From NCBI GenBank assembly GCA_016748015.1, contig JAAOMT010000276.1, positions 310,001 through 374,000 on the forward strand: 64,000 bases of DNA. Direction: 5' to 3'. The notes under the pieces were generated by a model, which was not told the DNA's origin, did not search any database, and worked only from the letters and a program-made list of their open reading frames with translations. Each line of letters begins with the position of its first letter. The stretch's first letter is position 1. This DNA comes from Geosiphon pyriformis uo1 (Eukaryota > Fungi > Glomeromycota). Below are positions 1-12,000 of the stretch, one piece after another. Position numbers and translations under genes: made by a program.

Positions 1-789
1 TGATCGCTTCACAAAGATTTCCCATGCAGAAATTTATCATTATTTTTTTTATACAGATCCATCAAAAATAATAGATAAATTAGTAAAAATAATGATTTCA
101 AATTAAGAATTCCAAAATAAATTCGAAACCTTATGCAAATATTTTACTCTGATTTTTATGTATTGAAAAGTTATGTGAAATATAAAAGTATATATATAAT
201 ATATATATGTATATACAAGTACAGTTGCATTTGTAAGTGCATCCTTTGGGCTCGCTCGCTCGCTCACTTGGTTGCTAATTTAGTTAGATGAATTTAAGGT
301 TGATCTCAGATTAGGAGTTAAAGGTAGGGTTTAGGAATAATGACTATGTTAAGAGGGTGTATCTACAGTATTCGATATGAAAGTGTAGACTTGAAAAATA
401 AAAAAGTGACTATTTTTTTTTTTTTAAATAAAAGATAAAAAGTTTTGATAATAGTTAATGATAATGGTAAATTCTACAACGGATTTTTTGGGGAATAAGA
501 GGATTTTTCTTAAGAAAAAGAAAACGTTCCAGAAAAAAATATCCATTATTTATACTTCCCATGATAATAAATGTGGGTAAGAAATGTTGTTGTTGTTGTT
601 GTTGCTGCTGCTGTTGTTGCTTCTAAAAATACGAAGAAAGAAAAAGATAAATGAAAATTTTGGGCCTTCACACAAGCTAAACGTTTATATTTTTGAATAC
701 TAGAGATTTTGACGGGTAAATTTGAATGCTGTTTAATTGTTTACGTTTTTATGAAATAAAAAAGTTGGGGTTATATTTATTGATTGGTT

Positions 790-873
790 GATGGATGGAT
801 GGATGGACGAATGGACGAATGGATGGATGGATGGACGGATGGACGGACGGATGGATGGATGAATGGATGGATG
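790..873. repeat. (GGAT/GGAC)n tetranucleotide microsatellite downstream of the RhoGAP gene
   Basis: Direct reading: gatggatggatggatggacgaatggacgaatggatgg...; it explains the spurious HPSI-repeat ORFs. Confidence 0.9.
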
Positions 874-1061
874 AAAAAAACATAGAAACTCTCTTGGATT
901 GCTGAATCTCATCCTCAACATGAAAGCAAAAACAAAATCCGACATCTGCAAAGCTATCACAGGAACATTGCGCAAAACCCATATTAAACTAGACGTACTT
1001 TTCCATACATCTGACCTCTCCAGGTACGCTAGACGATCGATCCTTGAATATCTCATCCCAC

Positions 1062-4000
1062 CTATATATAATTTGCTTTGAATTTTCCGTTAATTATTTC
1101 GCCATTATTTTGGTTGCTAGTAGGTAAGGCTTTAGTTGATGCTTGGGGATCTGTCATTGCTTGCATATGAGCTTCCATCTCGCGATGTTGCTCAGAGAAG
1201 ACTTCATACATAGAATCACGTTGTGAAAAATTCCTCACTGTCAATCGTCGTTGTTTACGTGCGTCTAATTCATCAAAATCGCCCAATTTTTCTTGTTGGT
1301 ATGAAATTTCATGATAGCTATCAAGCGATCTTTGTGATGATAAACTTTGAAGGTTTCGTGTAGGTTGAAGACCCATGGGAACAGAGTTTGACCGCATTGA
1401 AGAACTTTGTGGTTGGGAATGAGTTGGTGTTGGTGATCGTCGTGGGCTACTTGTGAATTGTATTGTATCCTCATTAGATTCAGTGGATTCAGTTTCGAGG
1501 TCATCCTCTTCTACATGAAGTTCCAAGTCATTGACCTCTTCATCTTCATCATCTTCATCATGGTTACGACGGATTGATTTAACTGCGAAATTTGAAGATC
1601 ATTATCAATATTAATAGCTTTCTTAATCACAAGAAGAAGATCTCTAGTCACTTTTAATCCACTCACCAGTCAACTTTCTTTCTAACCCAACGACAGCTTC
1701 AGGCGCATTATCAAGATAATGAACACTGTTTCGATTACTCCTTCCGCCAATTTCTTCACGTATATCCGTCCGTCGCATGGCGGTTTTCGGTGATAAAGAA
1801 GAACTATTGTCATTATCAGGAGAAGCTGGATCTCCTGATGGGTCTGAAGAATTCGAGTCTAAATGATAGTTTCCTTCCGGTTCCTCAAGAGCTTTTGGAG
1901 CTGCGATGCCGTCTTGATCGATGAAGAAGATATATTCAAATTCAGCCATAAATAGACTGAAAACACCGGCAGGAATCCCTAAGCTTGGTGAGAATACGAT
2001 CCCAATATTACGCATTGTCATTTTGTTGATGTCTGCATTTTGAACAATTCGGATCAAATGGGCGGTAAGGGTACGTAATAATGTATAATTTGACAAAGGC
2101 AAAGAAGAAACGAGGCGGCCAAGTTCATTGACCCTATCTCGACGTTCCAGTAGATCTGTTGTGATAATATTACGTGAAAACCTTAATTATTAGACAGGTT
2201 TAAAAAAAAAAAGATATCTGTTTCATTGATGAACTTTTATTTACCAATAACATTCACAAACTCTGGCAGCAATTCTCTGGTCAATACACTAGTGGGAAGC
2301 TCTCGGAGAAAAGCTTTCAAGATACCGGCAACCGCATGAACATCGTAGGATTCCCCATCCGCTAAAAGATTAACATCACCCTCTGTGTTAAATCGCTCCC
2401 TTAAACTTTTTATGATTGCTGAAGAACCGCTCAGACGATAGATTCCTTCTTCGAATGCCGCGTTCTTGGCATCAAGATATTCAATACAACGATAAACAAC
2501 TGCAGGAAGTTCATATCCTTCCTTGATTCTTGCCACAGCAATTGCTTGATCCAATGGAACACCAAAAACAATTCTAGTGACATCCGGTATAACATCTCGA
2601 TGCTTTTTATCTTCTTTGCCGCCACCAAACATGGGTTTACCAAAGAAGGTCATTCGTACCCCTTTGCGATCCTTTTTCTCATGATCATCCAGTCGTCTCA
2701 CGAAGCCATTTGGCTGAAGCGCTTGATTAAAAATAGGTAATAAAATACCAGCTCCAGTTGATGATTGTTGGTTTGATGAAAGTTCCTTGGGTTCAGGAGT
2801 TCCTCCAGATTTAGGTGGCACACGACCTACACTATTATTACCATCATTTTCTTCCCAATTCATCAGCATACTTCCCCGTTTATTAACTTGATTTGAGGGT
2901 GCACCCAATCTTGATTGTGAAAATGACGAATCTTGTTGTAGTAGGGAATTCATATTGGTAGGCAGACTACTTGACAAAGGGCCCACGGAAAGATTTTGAT
3001 TTAATGATAGAGAAGATGAAATATGATGCGTGGGAAAATATGGACTGGAAGAACTATTTGAAATTGGCTCGTATCCAGGTTGATCATTATTTTCACCATT
3101 TTTTCTTGAGATTGAGTCATTGCTTCCTTTCTTTCTCGTGACAGAATGTTCATTACGAATTTCTTCGCGTGCTTGTTGGAGAACTGCGTCGCTAACAATT
3201 AATTTCTGATTATTTTGATCTCGGCCAAGTTGAGAAATTGGCAGCGCGTTAATCTTTTCAATATTTTGAGTTGCTAGCTTCTTTGCCTTTTCCTTTTTTT
3301 GTTTCTTGATTTCTTGTTCTTCTTCCGTGACATTTACATATTGTAATAAAGCCTCTACCCATTGATCTCTTTCAGCGTCACTTTCAGCGCATAAAACATG
3401 TCTTGTATTTCCTTTTGAACCTTGCTTTGGCTCCAAGATCAAGAATGCATGACGATAAGAATTTTCATTTCCAGTGAGATCGGTTTCAAGAGGTCCAGTT
3501 GTTTGCTGACGACCTATCTGGGCATTCGTCAATCGGATAGTACCTAATTGATGACCATCTTTCTAAGAATGCGATAAAGTGAAGGTTAAATGATTTGAAA
3601 AAGTTAATAGTCACCAAATAAAAAACAACTCCACCAGTTTATTTACAGATTCGTAATATTCCAGTATTGAACTTTTTAATACAAAGTATCTTGTTTTCCA
3701 ACCACCAAAGTTCTTCCCTCGCTTTGTCAAGTAGCCTTCCTTACGACCGATAAAATTCTAAAGAATTGCAATAGTCAGGATTAAAAACCGTATCCGATTG
3801 TTCGAATGAGATAAAAAAAGATCTTACAAGATAATCACGATCATCCCATTCAACGACATCTCTACTCAAGAATTCACATAGATCTTTATTATCATTCAGT
3901 GGTAGCGAGATGACATGTTTAAGATAATTCTCCAGGGCCAACTAAGGTCAATGTCCAATTTGATTATAGAATTAATAACTCTAGAGAGAACGGTTTGAAA

Positions 4001-4684
4001 TTTCAGATCCAAAAAATATCGAAAAAATAATAAGCTAATAATTCACCTTGCGCTGATCGACCTTATTAGGGGCATTATTTGTGAAAAGATTTTTATCGGG
4101 TAATTTTCCAATCTTTACATTCCGATTTTGTCGTTGTTTTAACTAGTAGAAAAGTTGGAAATTAATCGAATTAGCAATCATTTTTCGTAGAAAACCTTTT
4201 TCAGATTTTTCTGATAACATACTTTTGCATCCAACGCCAAAAAGTCCGAGTAAAGTTTCTCAATTCGCCACAATTCTTCCTCACTACCAATGATACTACC
4301 ATGAAGTTGCCTAGCACGAACTGATATCACAAATGCTAACACCTCTTTTCCCTTTTCATTAGTCTTGATATTACTGCCTTCAATCTTGACATCGATTCCA
4401 GATATTGCATCTGACGAAAGTGTTGTTATATCAGGGCCTTGCATACTAGGTCTGGGTGTTTGTTCCGAATTATTTTGTTGCTGTGGTTGAGGATTTGAAG
4501 AACTGCGCGTAGGAGGGTATTGTGTTCTAGTCGAATCCATCGTCAAACTCACAATGCTATGCGCATCATTCATGGAAGGCTTATTTTTTTGATGTTTACG
4601 TGATGTTGGTTCAGAACTTGAAAACCCGGTAGTCCTACTATTATTGTTATTATGATTATAATTATAATTATTATTATCATTATG

Positions 4685-4749
<65 letters not shown>

Positions 4750-4763
4750 TACTACTACTACTG

Positions 4764-4795
<32 letters not shown>

Positions 4796-4883
4796 ACTAC
4801 TATTACTATTATTATTATTGTTGTTGTTATTATTGTTGCTGTTGTTATTTTCGTTGTTGTTGTCATCATCATCGTCATCATCA

Positions 4884-4938
<55 letters not shown>

Positions 4939-5626
4939 TATTATTATCGATAGATTTACTATCTCTTTGTGTTATTATGGCACTATTTCGATTTCTTTTC
5001 ATTTCAGGAATGCCTAATGAGTTTCCGGAATTGTTTGGATATATGAAAATGGGCTCTTTTCCAGCTTTCGAATTTTCTGATTCATTATGAGAGGAATTAG
5101 AGATTCGACTTTGAGATTGTTTAATGGACTCGAAGGATTTTGCTTGTTTTAGCGATTTCTTATTTTCAGGTTCGAGATGAGTACTCAGATTTGGTGCACT
5201 ATTTATGTGTGTTAGGGATCCAGAATTACTTTGTTTGCGGTATGGTTCCTGAAGAAGCACCGATGACTTACTTTTTCCAACATCAGCAGAAGTTCTTGAA
5301 GCAGATTTATGATTAATTTTGTTATTCTGAGAGTCAGTGTAATCTTCATGGATAACTACCAATTCATTAATTGGCAAAGAAGGTGAAGGATTATGAGAGA
5401 TATGATGACCATTCTCTATGATCGAGACGGATCCAAATTTTTTATGGTATGAATCCTTGAAGGTTTTATAAGCAGCTATATCTTTATCAATGATATGATT
5501 GGTAGGAGACATCACATCATCACCGCTCATTCTTCGACCAGAGTTTAATGATGAATTTGAATCACCATATCGGGAAATTTGTGATTGACCTTCACTACCA
5601 CGTCGTTGGTGATAGTGGTGGTGATT

Positions 5627-5670
<44 letters not shown>

Positions 5671-6236
5671 GGTGTTGTTGTTGTTGTTGTTTATAAAGAG
5701 AATGATTATTATTACGAGAAAGTGGAATATTCTCTTCGTCACCTTCTTCTTCCTCCTCAACAAAAGGTGGGTATAATTTTTGAGAAGAAAAACTAGGTGA
5801 TCTTAAACCGGGAGGTAAACCTGACCTTGGAGAAGTTGGTAATCCATAAATTTCAGGACGTGGAGATGTATTATTACTAAATGAATCTTCACTATGTTGA
5901 GAATTTTCTCGTGATGATATTTGACTAAGTCGATAATTAGGATTTGAAGATTTTTGTCCATCATTGAATGAATTCCTTGACATTGAAGGAGGTGTTGGGG
6001 AAGAAGGAGAGAATTGATGTTGTGAATCAAAATCTTCGAAATCTGTATCATTCGTATCATTCCTTTGATGAAAATGACGTTTGACACTACTAAAACTACC
6101 TGATCCTGAAGATTTTATGGAATTTGATGGTGATTGAGGATGATATCGAGGTGAAATTTGAGGTGATTGTTGTGTTGTAAATTGGTTGGAGTTTGAAAGT
6201 TGAAGAGGAGTTAAAATTGGTGTCTGGTATGGTTGA

Positions 6237-6275
<39 letters not shown>

Positions 6276-6801
6276 TGTTGTGATAGCATTGGTTGTGTAT
6301 TGTTTATATTAATATCGAATGAAATCGGAATATCGGAACGACTATCTCCGTGATTGGAAATAGAAGATTGATGATTTCCCAAGTCTGATAGGATAAATGA
6401 TCTATCAATTGTCGGTGGTTCGGGTGATGAAAAATTTTTCATTAGATCCGCCGATAAAGGTGAATCAAAATTTTCATTTTCTAGTAATAAGTGATTTAAT
6501 GTTTCACTTTCAGATCTTTCGGTTATCGTTTTTGCCGTGATATTTTGGTTTGATGATTTTTGTTGATATTTTGAAGATGTTGATATTGATGTCGATTGGT
6601 TTGTATCTTTCTCATTTTGTGGCTCTTGACCATTAACAATCAAATCATTATTCGAGGTAGGTTCCTTATTATGATTGTTACTACTATTTATATCAATGGT
6701 TTGAAGAGTCGGCACAGCCGACCTTTGACCATCATTGATATTAATATTGTCCGTTGATATTGTTTTATTGTGGTTATTGATGCTGCTGCTGCTACTACTA
6801 C

Positions 6802-6837
<36 letters not shown>

Positions 6838-7219
6838 TACCAGCGCTGCTGCTAATATCATTTTGGCTTTCTTTTTCTTTGAAATTGTTCACTCTTTTCA
6901 TAGCAACTGATGTGTCCTCCTCCTCTTCCTGTAACTGGGAACGATTCAAATGATCGGTATCTTTTGATTTTCCAGAGAGTCTATTATTTTCATAGATCAG
7001 CTTTTGATTATCTTTTTGCAAGTTATTAATAATGGATTTTTGTTTCTCAATAAGCTTCCATAATTGTTGGTTTTGAGAGCGCAAGGAATTACACTCTGAG
7101 ATGGCTTGTTGTAACGATGTTGCGGTGACGCTACAATTTTGACTAGCGAAACGCGTATTTTCTACAATCTGGGGTGAGGCTAGTTGTGGTGCCCTTTGCT
7201 GTCGAGGTGAAGCGGACAT
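1062..7219 (-). CDS. BEM3: PX-PH-RhoGAP protein (Bem3-like Cdc42/Rho GTPase-activating protein), at least 7 exons
   Basis: Exons joined by GT..AG introns: 7219-4223, 4142-4047, 3941-3828, 3757-3647, 3562-2245, 2155-1667, 1582-1062. PX-like segment: WRIEKLYSDFLALDAK|LKQ...LPDK...KVDQRK|LALENYL...LCEFLS. PH domain: KEGYLTKRGKNFGGWKTRYFVL...HAFLILE...CAESDAERDQWV. RhoGAP domain: FGVPL...LPAVVYRCIEYL...EEGIYRLSGS...DVHAVAGILKAFLRELP...NKMTMRNIGIVFSPSL. There is an N-terminal coiled coil. The exact 3' end is uncertain. Confidence 0.9.
4638..4948. repeat. Coding trinucleotide tracts (AAT/AGC/GAT)n giving poly-N/S/D in RhoGAP exon 1
   Basis: Long (att)n, (gct)n and (cat)n runs. Similar tracts occur at about 5628-5692 (poly-Q), 6237-6273 (poly-S) and 6775-6853 (poly-N/S). 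Confidence 0.95.
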
Positions 7220-9067
7220 TATGAAGCCACTACTACTAGTATGATTATTCTTAAATAATGACTATTTTTGCCGCATGTGTGTTTGAACAATACCTTTTAA
7301 ATTTATTTCGCTGATAAGGTCTGGATTTTTGATGTTCAGCGATTCTTCCTTCAATACTATATCTTTCGAGTTAGAAGAGAGCGCTGTAAATATAAAAGTT
7401 TTTACAAGAGAAACGAGTTAAAAAATTAAATTTTCAAACGGTTCTGAGTGACGTGAAATAGTTTTAGAGGTAAGTGTTTTTTGTATTATTATTATTATTA
7501 TTATTATATGCGTTAAAGAACAACTTTAGCTTTCTGGTAAAAAGGGGAACACCACGTGGGTGGAGGGGGTGTGTGTAGCAGTCAGGAGAAATTTTTTGGA
7601 GAAGCGATGAGATTGTATAAACCCAAAGGGAAAGTTCAGCGATGAAACGGGAAGCGATTAGACAAAATATTTTACTCGACCAAAAAAATTATAGGGATAG
7701 GAAAGAGTGAGTATTCCTGAATATGGTGGTGATGGTGGTGGTGGTGAACGTGAAAGTAGTAATTATAAAGTAGGAAACGATGTGAATCTGAAAATTGATA
7801 AAATGGGAAACGCTTTTTCGTTGATGAGCTGCTGTGGAAAAAGGGAAGGAAGAGACTAATAGGAAATTAGTAGAAGGTATAGTTAACTTTTACCTCGATT
7901 AGTAAGGTGTTAATTGATGTTCCTTTTCTTTTTTTTTTCTTGTACTTCCTTACACCATGCGAAATGATGTTACCTTTATGCTCAATTATAATGAACCCTC
8001 TCTCGCGTTGAGGAATTGTTTCTTTTTTAACTATGATCTGTATCTCTTTAAATTTGTCCGACTGCAAACAGTTTCTCTCGAATAATTCTAATTGTTTCGG
8101 CTTTTGTGTCCAGAGAAAGGAAAAGTACAAGAAGATTATTAAATAATGAATCAATTTGTGTAAAGTTTTCAATCAGCGAAAATCTAATCATCTTAACATG
8201 GAAAGTCAATTTGTAAAAAAAAATTTTAAAAGACCAAAGTACTGTTGTGTTTGTACTCGGCTGTAACGGCAAACTCTAGAGTTTCAATGTTAAGATGCGA
8301 GCGAGCGGGCAGGGGGCGGGCGACGGAATAGATCATATACAGATGTGAAAGATTAGGTTTTTAAATATCAGTCATTGTACTCGATGATGCATGTGGGGTA
8401 AAGATAAAAAATATTAGCTTTTCCAGTAACGGGAGCGGTTGTTTCTCGTTTCGCTCTTGCTAGTACTAACCTGTATTAAAAAAAAAAAGATATTCAAATC
8501 AAATTTATTTCCCCTCCTCCAATGACCATCCCAATTCACAAATTGCCCCTATGTCCAACTAAAAGACAAGACGGAATAAATAACTCATCATCATCATCAT
8601 CATCATCATCATAACCCTGATTCGATTCTCTTGGGGGAAATATTGTCTCAATACTGCGACTGGATTGAACGAAATCAGTAAAACCTAAAAAGATAATCCC
8701 GATTCATAGCTATATATTTGCACAATTTAGAAGGCAAATCAAAAAATTCTCAAAAGAAGACCATAATTGAGGTGCATCAAGATTCCAATCACCCTCGTTT
8801 TTTTCAAAGTTCATTTAACAAAAGAGCGATAAATAAAAGTTAAAGAATGTTAAAAGGAAGCAATTATTATCATTATTATTATTATTGTTGTTATTGTTGT
8901 TATTATGGATAGATAAAAATTACAACTTGGCCAATTTTAATAATTCGAATTTCCCTAGGTTTTTATAGAAAAGAACACAAATATTTTGAAAAAGAAAAAT
9001 ATGTTCTAACCACTTTTCTATTTGTGTCAAACCTTTAAAAGGAATATTACAAGAGAGGGGAATAAAA
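7220..9067. promoter_or_regulatory. Divergent (head-to-head) promoter region of the BEM3-like gene and RBA50
   Basis: Lies between ATG 7219(-) and ATG 9068(+). It retains CpG and has a GC-rich patch gcgagcgagcgggcagggggcgggcg at about 8297-8322. No specific sites are assigned. Confidence 0.5.
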
Positions 9068-12000
9068 ATGTCTGATTTACAAGACACCGAAGATCTTTTA
9101 AATTTACAAGAAGAGTTTTTAAGAAAACAAATAAAGCCCGCAGCTACTGTGATAAAAAGACCTCAAATTCAAACAAAAAGTGTTCTACAACATAAGAAAC
9201 CTGGTCAAGCTCGCTTAGTTCGGGAACGAGAAAATGTTTCCTTGGAAACAAGATCTGTTGATGAATCAATCCAACTTCAAGCAAACCTAGCTCAAGGGAA
9301 AGGTAAAAAATCAATTTTCGCAAGGCGCCAGGAACTGAATTCACAGAATTTGATCGGTCAAACTTCTTCGGAAAGACCTTTAGAGGAGCATGTTCCCGCT
9401 GTTAAAAAAGTCCTTGATATGCATTCATATCAAAGTAGCACAATAAGCTTGGTTAAAGAGAATGACACTAGTGGGACTGTATTGCCCCCCACCCCCACTT
9501 TCCACTCTTACACGGGATTCCCACTACCAGTTCGTCGAAATGTTGTTTCTTTGAAGAAACGAAAATCAACCCAGGATTCTGAAACAGGACATGGAGAAAA
9601 TGAAGATATTTTAATGGAAACCCACCATGTTATTGATGATGATTCTCAAAAATATTTAGAAAATACTGATTCACCAGGCTCAATTAATGATTCTATTCAT
9701 GAGGAAAACTTGAAAAGATTAGCCAACATGTCCGAGGATGAAATTCTTCAAGCTCAAACCTTTTTACGTCAAGCTTTGAATCCAGATTACTTGAAGAAAT
9801 TGTTATCAAAATCGACGCATCCGAAAACAGCCGAGGAAGAGGGGCTCGAAAAATATCAATCCAATGAACTGGGGACTAGCAAGAATTTGCAAAAGAGAGT
9901 TCACTTTGTCGATTCAGAATACAGCAGCAAAGATAAATTCGAGGATACTATGGAGTTGAAAGGATCAAATGAAGCTGACGATTCATTACCACTCGTCATG
10001 AAAACTAAATATTTCTCAGATATACCTGCTGAACCAGAGAAACTCGAATGGATGGGCATATCCAATGATACAAAACAAACGCAGTTTGATCCTAATTCTA
10101 CATCTTTCAGATCATATACCCCTGGACCAAAAGATCCCATGGCTGCATCATATCGTTTCGATTTTAAAGGAAATATTCTAGCAAAAGATATGAATATATC
10201 AGTATATTATGGCCTTCATCATCATGGAGATGATCCTGACCAACCAGGATATACGATCGCTGAATTGTTGCATTTGACACGTAGCAATATGCGAAGTCAA
10301 AGAATTATTCCTTTGAATATTCTAGGTCGCATCTTCATGAAAATTCGAAAAGGTTTTTATGGTGACGATATAGCCCAAGGAATCGTTGAATGGATGATCA
10401 AATTAAACGCTCTAATGTATTTGAGAAGCGCGTTAGACGATACCCACGAATCAGCTATTGTTGCTGCAATTGATGCTCTCTCAGGTTGGGTGATTGGATC
10501 TCTTGAGGATTTCAAAAAGGAAGAGAAACTCTGGGATCTTGTTGGAAACTTGCATCGAGGATATGAAAATGTCTTTCTTTTTGAAACTAAAACGTCGAAA
10601 ACGACAAAAAAATTCGGCATGGAAATGCGGATCGATGAAAATATCCAAGATTTCGAAAATCCCATGGATGATAACACTATGGATCATGAAAAACTTCTTG
10701 CTGAAGATCTTGTTGAAGGACTGTTGGCAATGAATGTTCTCGACCGATTTCGCTATTTACTTGATAAATACATTTTACCACGAATTACGATAGAGCAGAT
10801 AATTTCAATGATGTTGAGATTAGCCCGTCATTCTTTGAAATCGGTCCAAAAAATTCTAAACTGTTCACGATTACTTGAATTGATTCATGCAAAATATATA
10901 TGCCTAACTTGGCCTGTCGCTCAATCCCCAATAATTATGTCTGATGAAGCAAAAAGTCTTTCTCTCATCTCTTCATCTCGACTATTAATGCCAAATTATC
11001 CATTTGTCGTGGCGGTCAAGTTATTGCGTGTTATGTGTCAATCCTCAAAGAATATAAGCCAAGATTTAATGAAAAGGAATTATATCAACAAATTATCAAG
11101 ATATGTTTTGGTTTCGTATTCAGCTTTGAAAAGCGAATTTGATGTCTTGATAGGGCATGAACTTTTTTTAGAAACTTTCAGAATATACATAATCCTCACT
11201 GCTTACGGAATGCATCAGGAAGTTCTCTCGAGTCTATATACAGTGTTTCCTTCCATGATACAGACAATCTATGAGATAAAAATGCCTTGGGAATGGAGTG
11301 TAAAAGATTCGGGCAAAAACCAAAAACAACAAAAAAATGAGATAGAATTATCCGAGATGCGGAGAAAGATCAATATTGCAATTGGTTTTTTCAGGCTAAT
11401 GGAGACTTGGATGTTTTCTTTGACTACTCATCACAAAATGTCGAAAATTCAAAGCTTAGAGATTATTGATAATTGCTCAAAAGGTGAAGCTCGACCTAGC
11501 GAGTTTCTAAACGATGCTGTGGAATTATTACATCAATGGACCTTTGGTATCCCGAATTCAATAGAATGGTTTAAGGCGTTGCAAGATGATGACCATGAAT
11601 TGGCAATCACCTTGATCTCGAGTGCTTCAGCTTATATTGCAAGTTGGTGTGAGCATTTGCGTGATTATCCTTTAAAAGATATTTCAGTAATATCTAATAT
11701 ATGGAACCGACTTAATTTGGGAAAGTGTCATACTTTGCCTTTTCTGGAATATTTGCGAAAAAGAATGGAATGTGCAAACATGATAAGCTCAAATGAATTT
11801 AATTTCACGACCAGGTTTTGGCAGCTGCCAAATTTACCAGGAGCGTATCATCCTCGCACCTGGAATGTTCTTTCTGCAGAATTGAGACGTTCAGTTATCA
11901 GTGATTGTGTTTCCTCACAAATCTCATTAATTAATCAGACTGCTTGGTTCTTGTGGGACAAAGAGAACCAACAAGGAGTTATTATTTCAGAAGCTTTTAA

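Noticed and set aside
733-1081. Short ORFs with HPSI repeats; possible extra RhoGAP exon WDEIFKDRSS..
   Set aside because: The ORFs derive from a GGAT microsatellite. No canonical GT donor was found to link the putative extra exon, so it was not annotated.
4570-6953. Poly-Ile/Leu/Val 'membrane protein' ORFs
   Set aside because: They are alternative-frame or antisense translations of trinucleotide tracts in RhoGAP exon 1.
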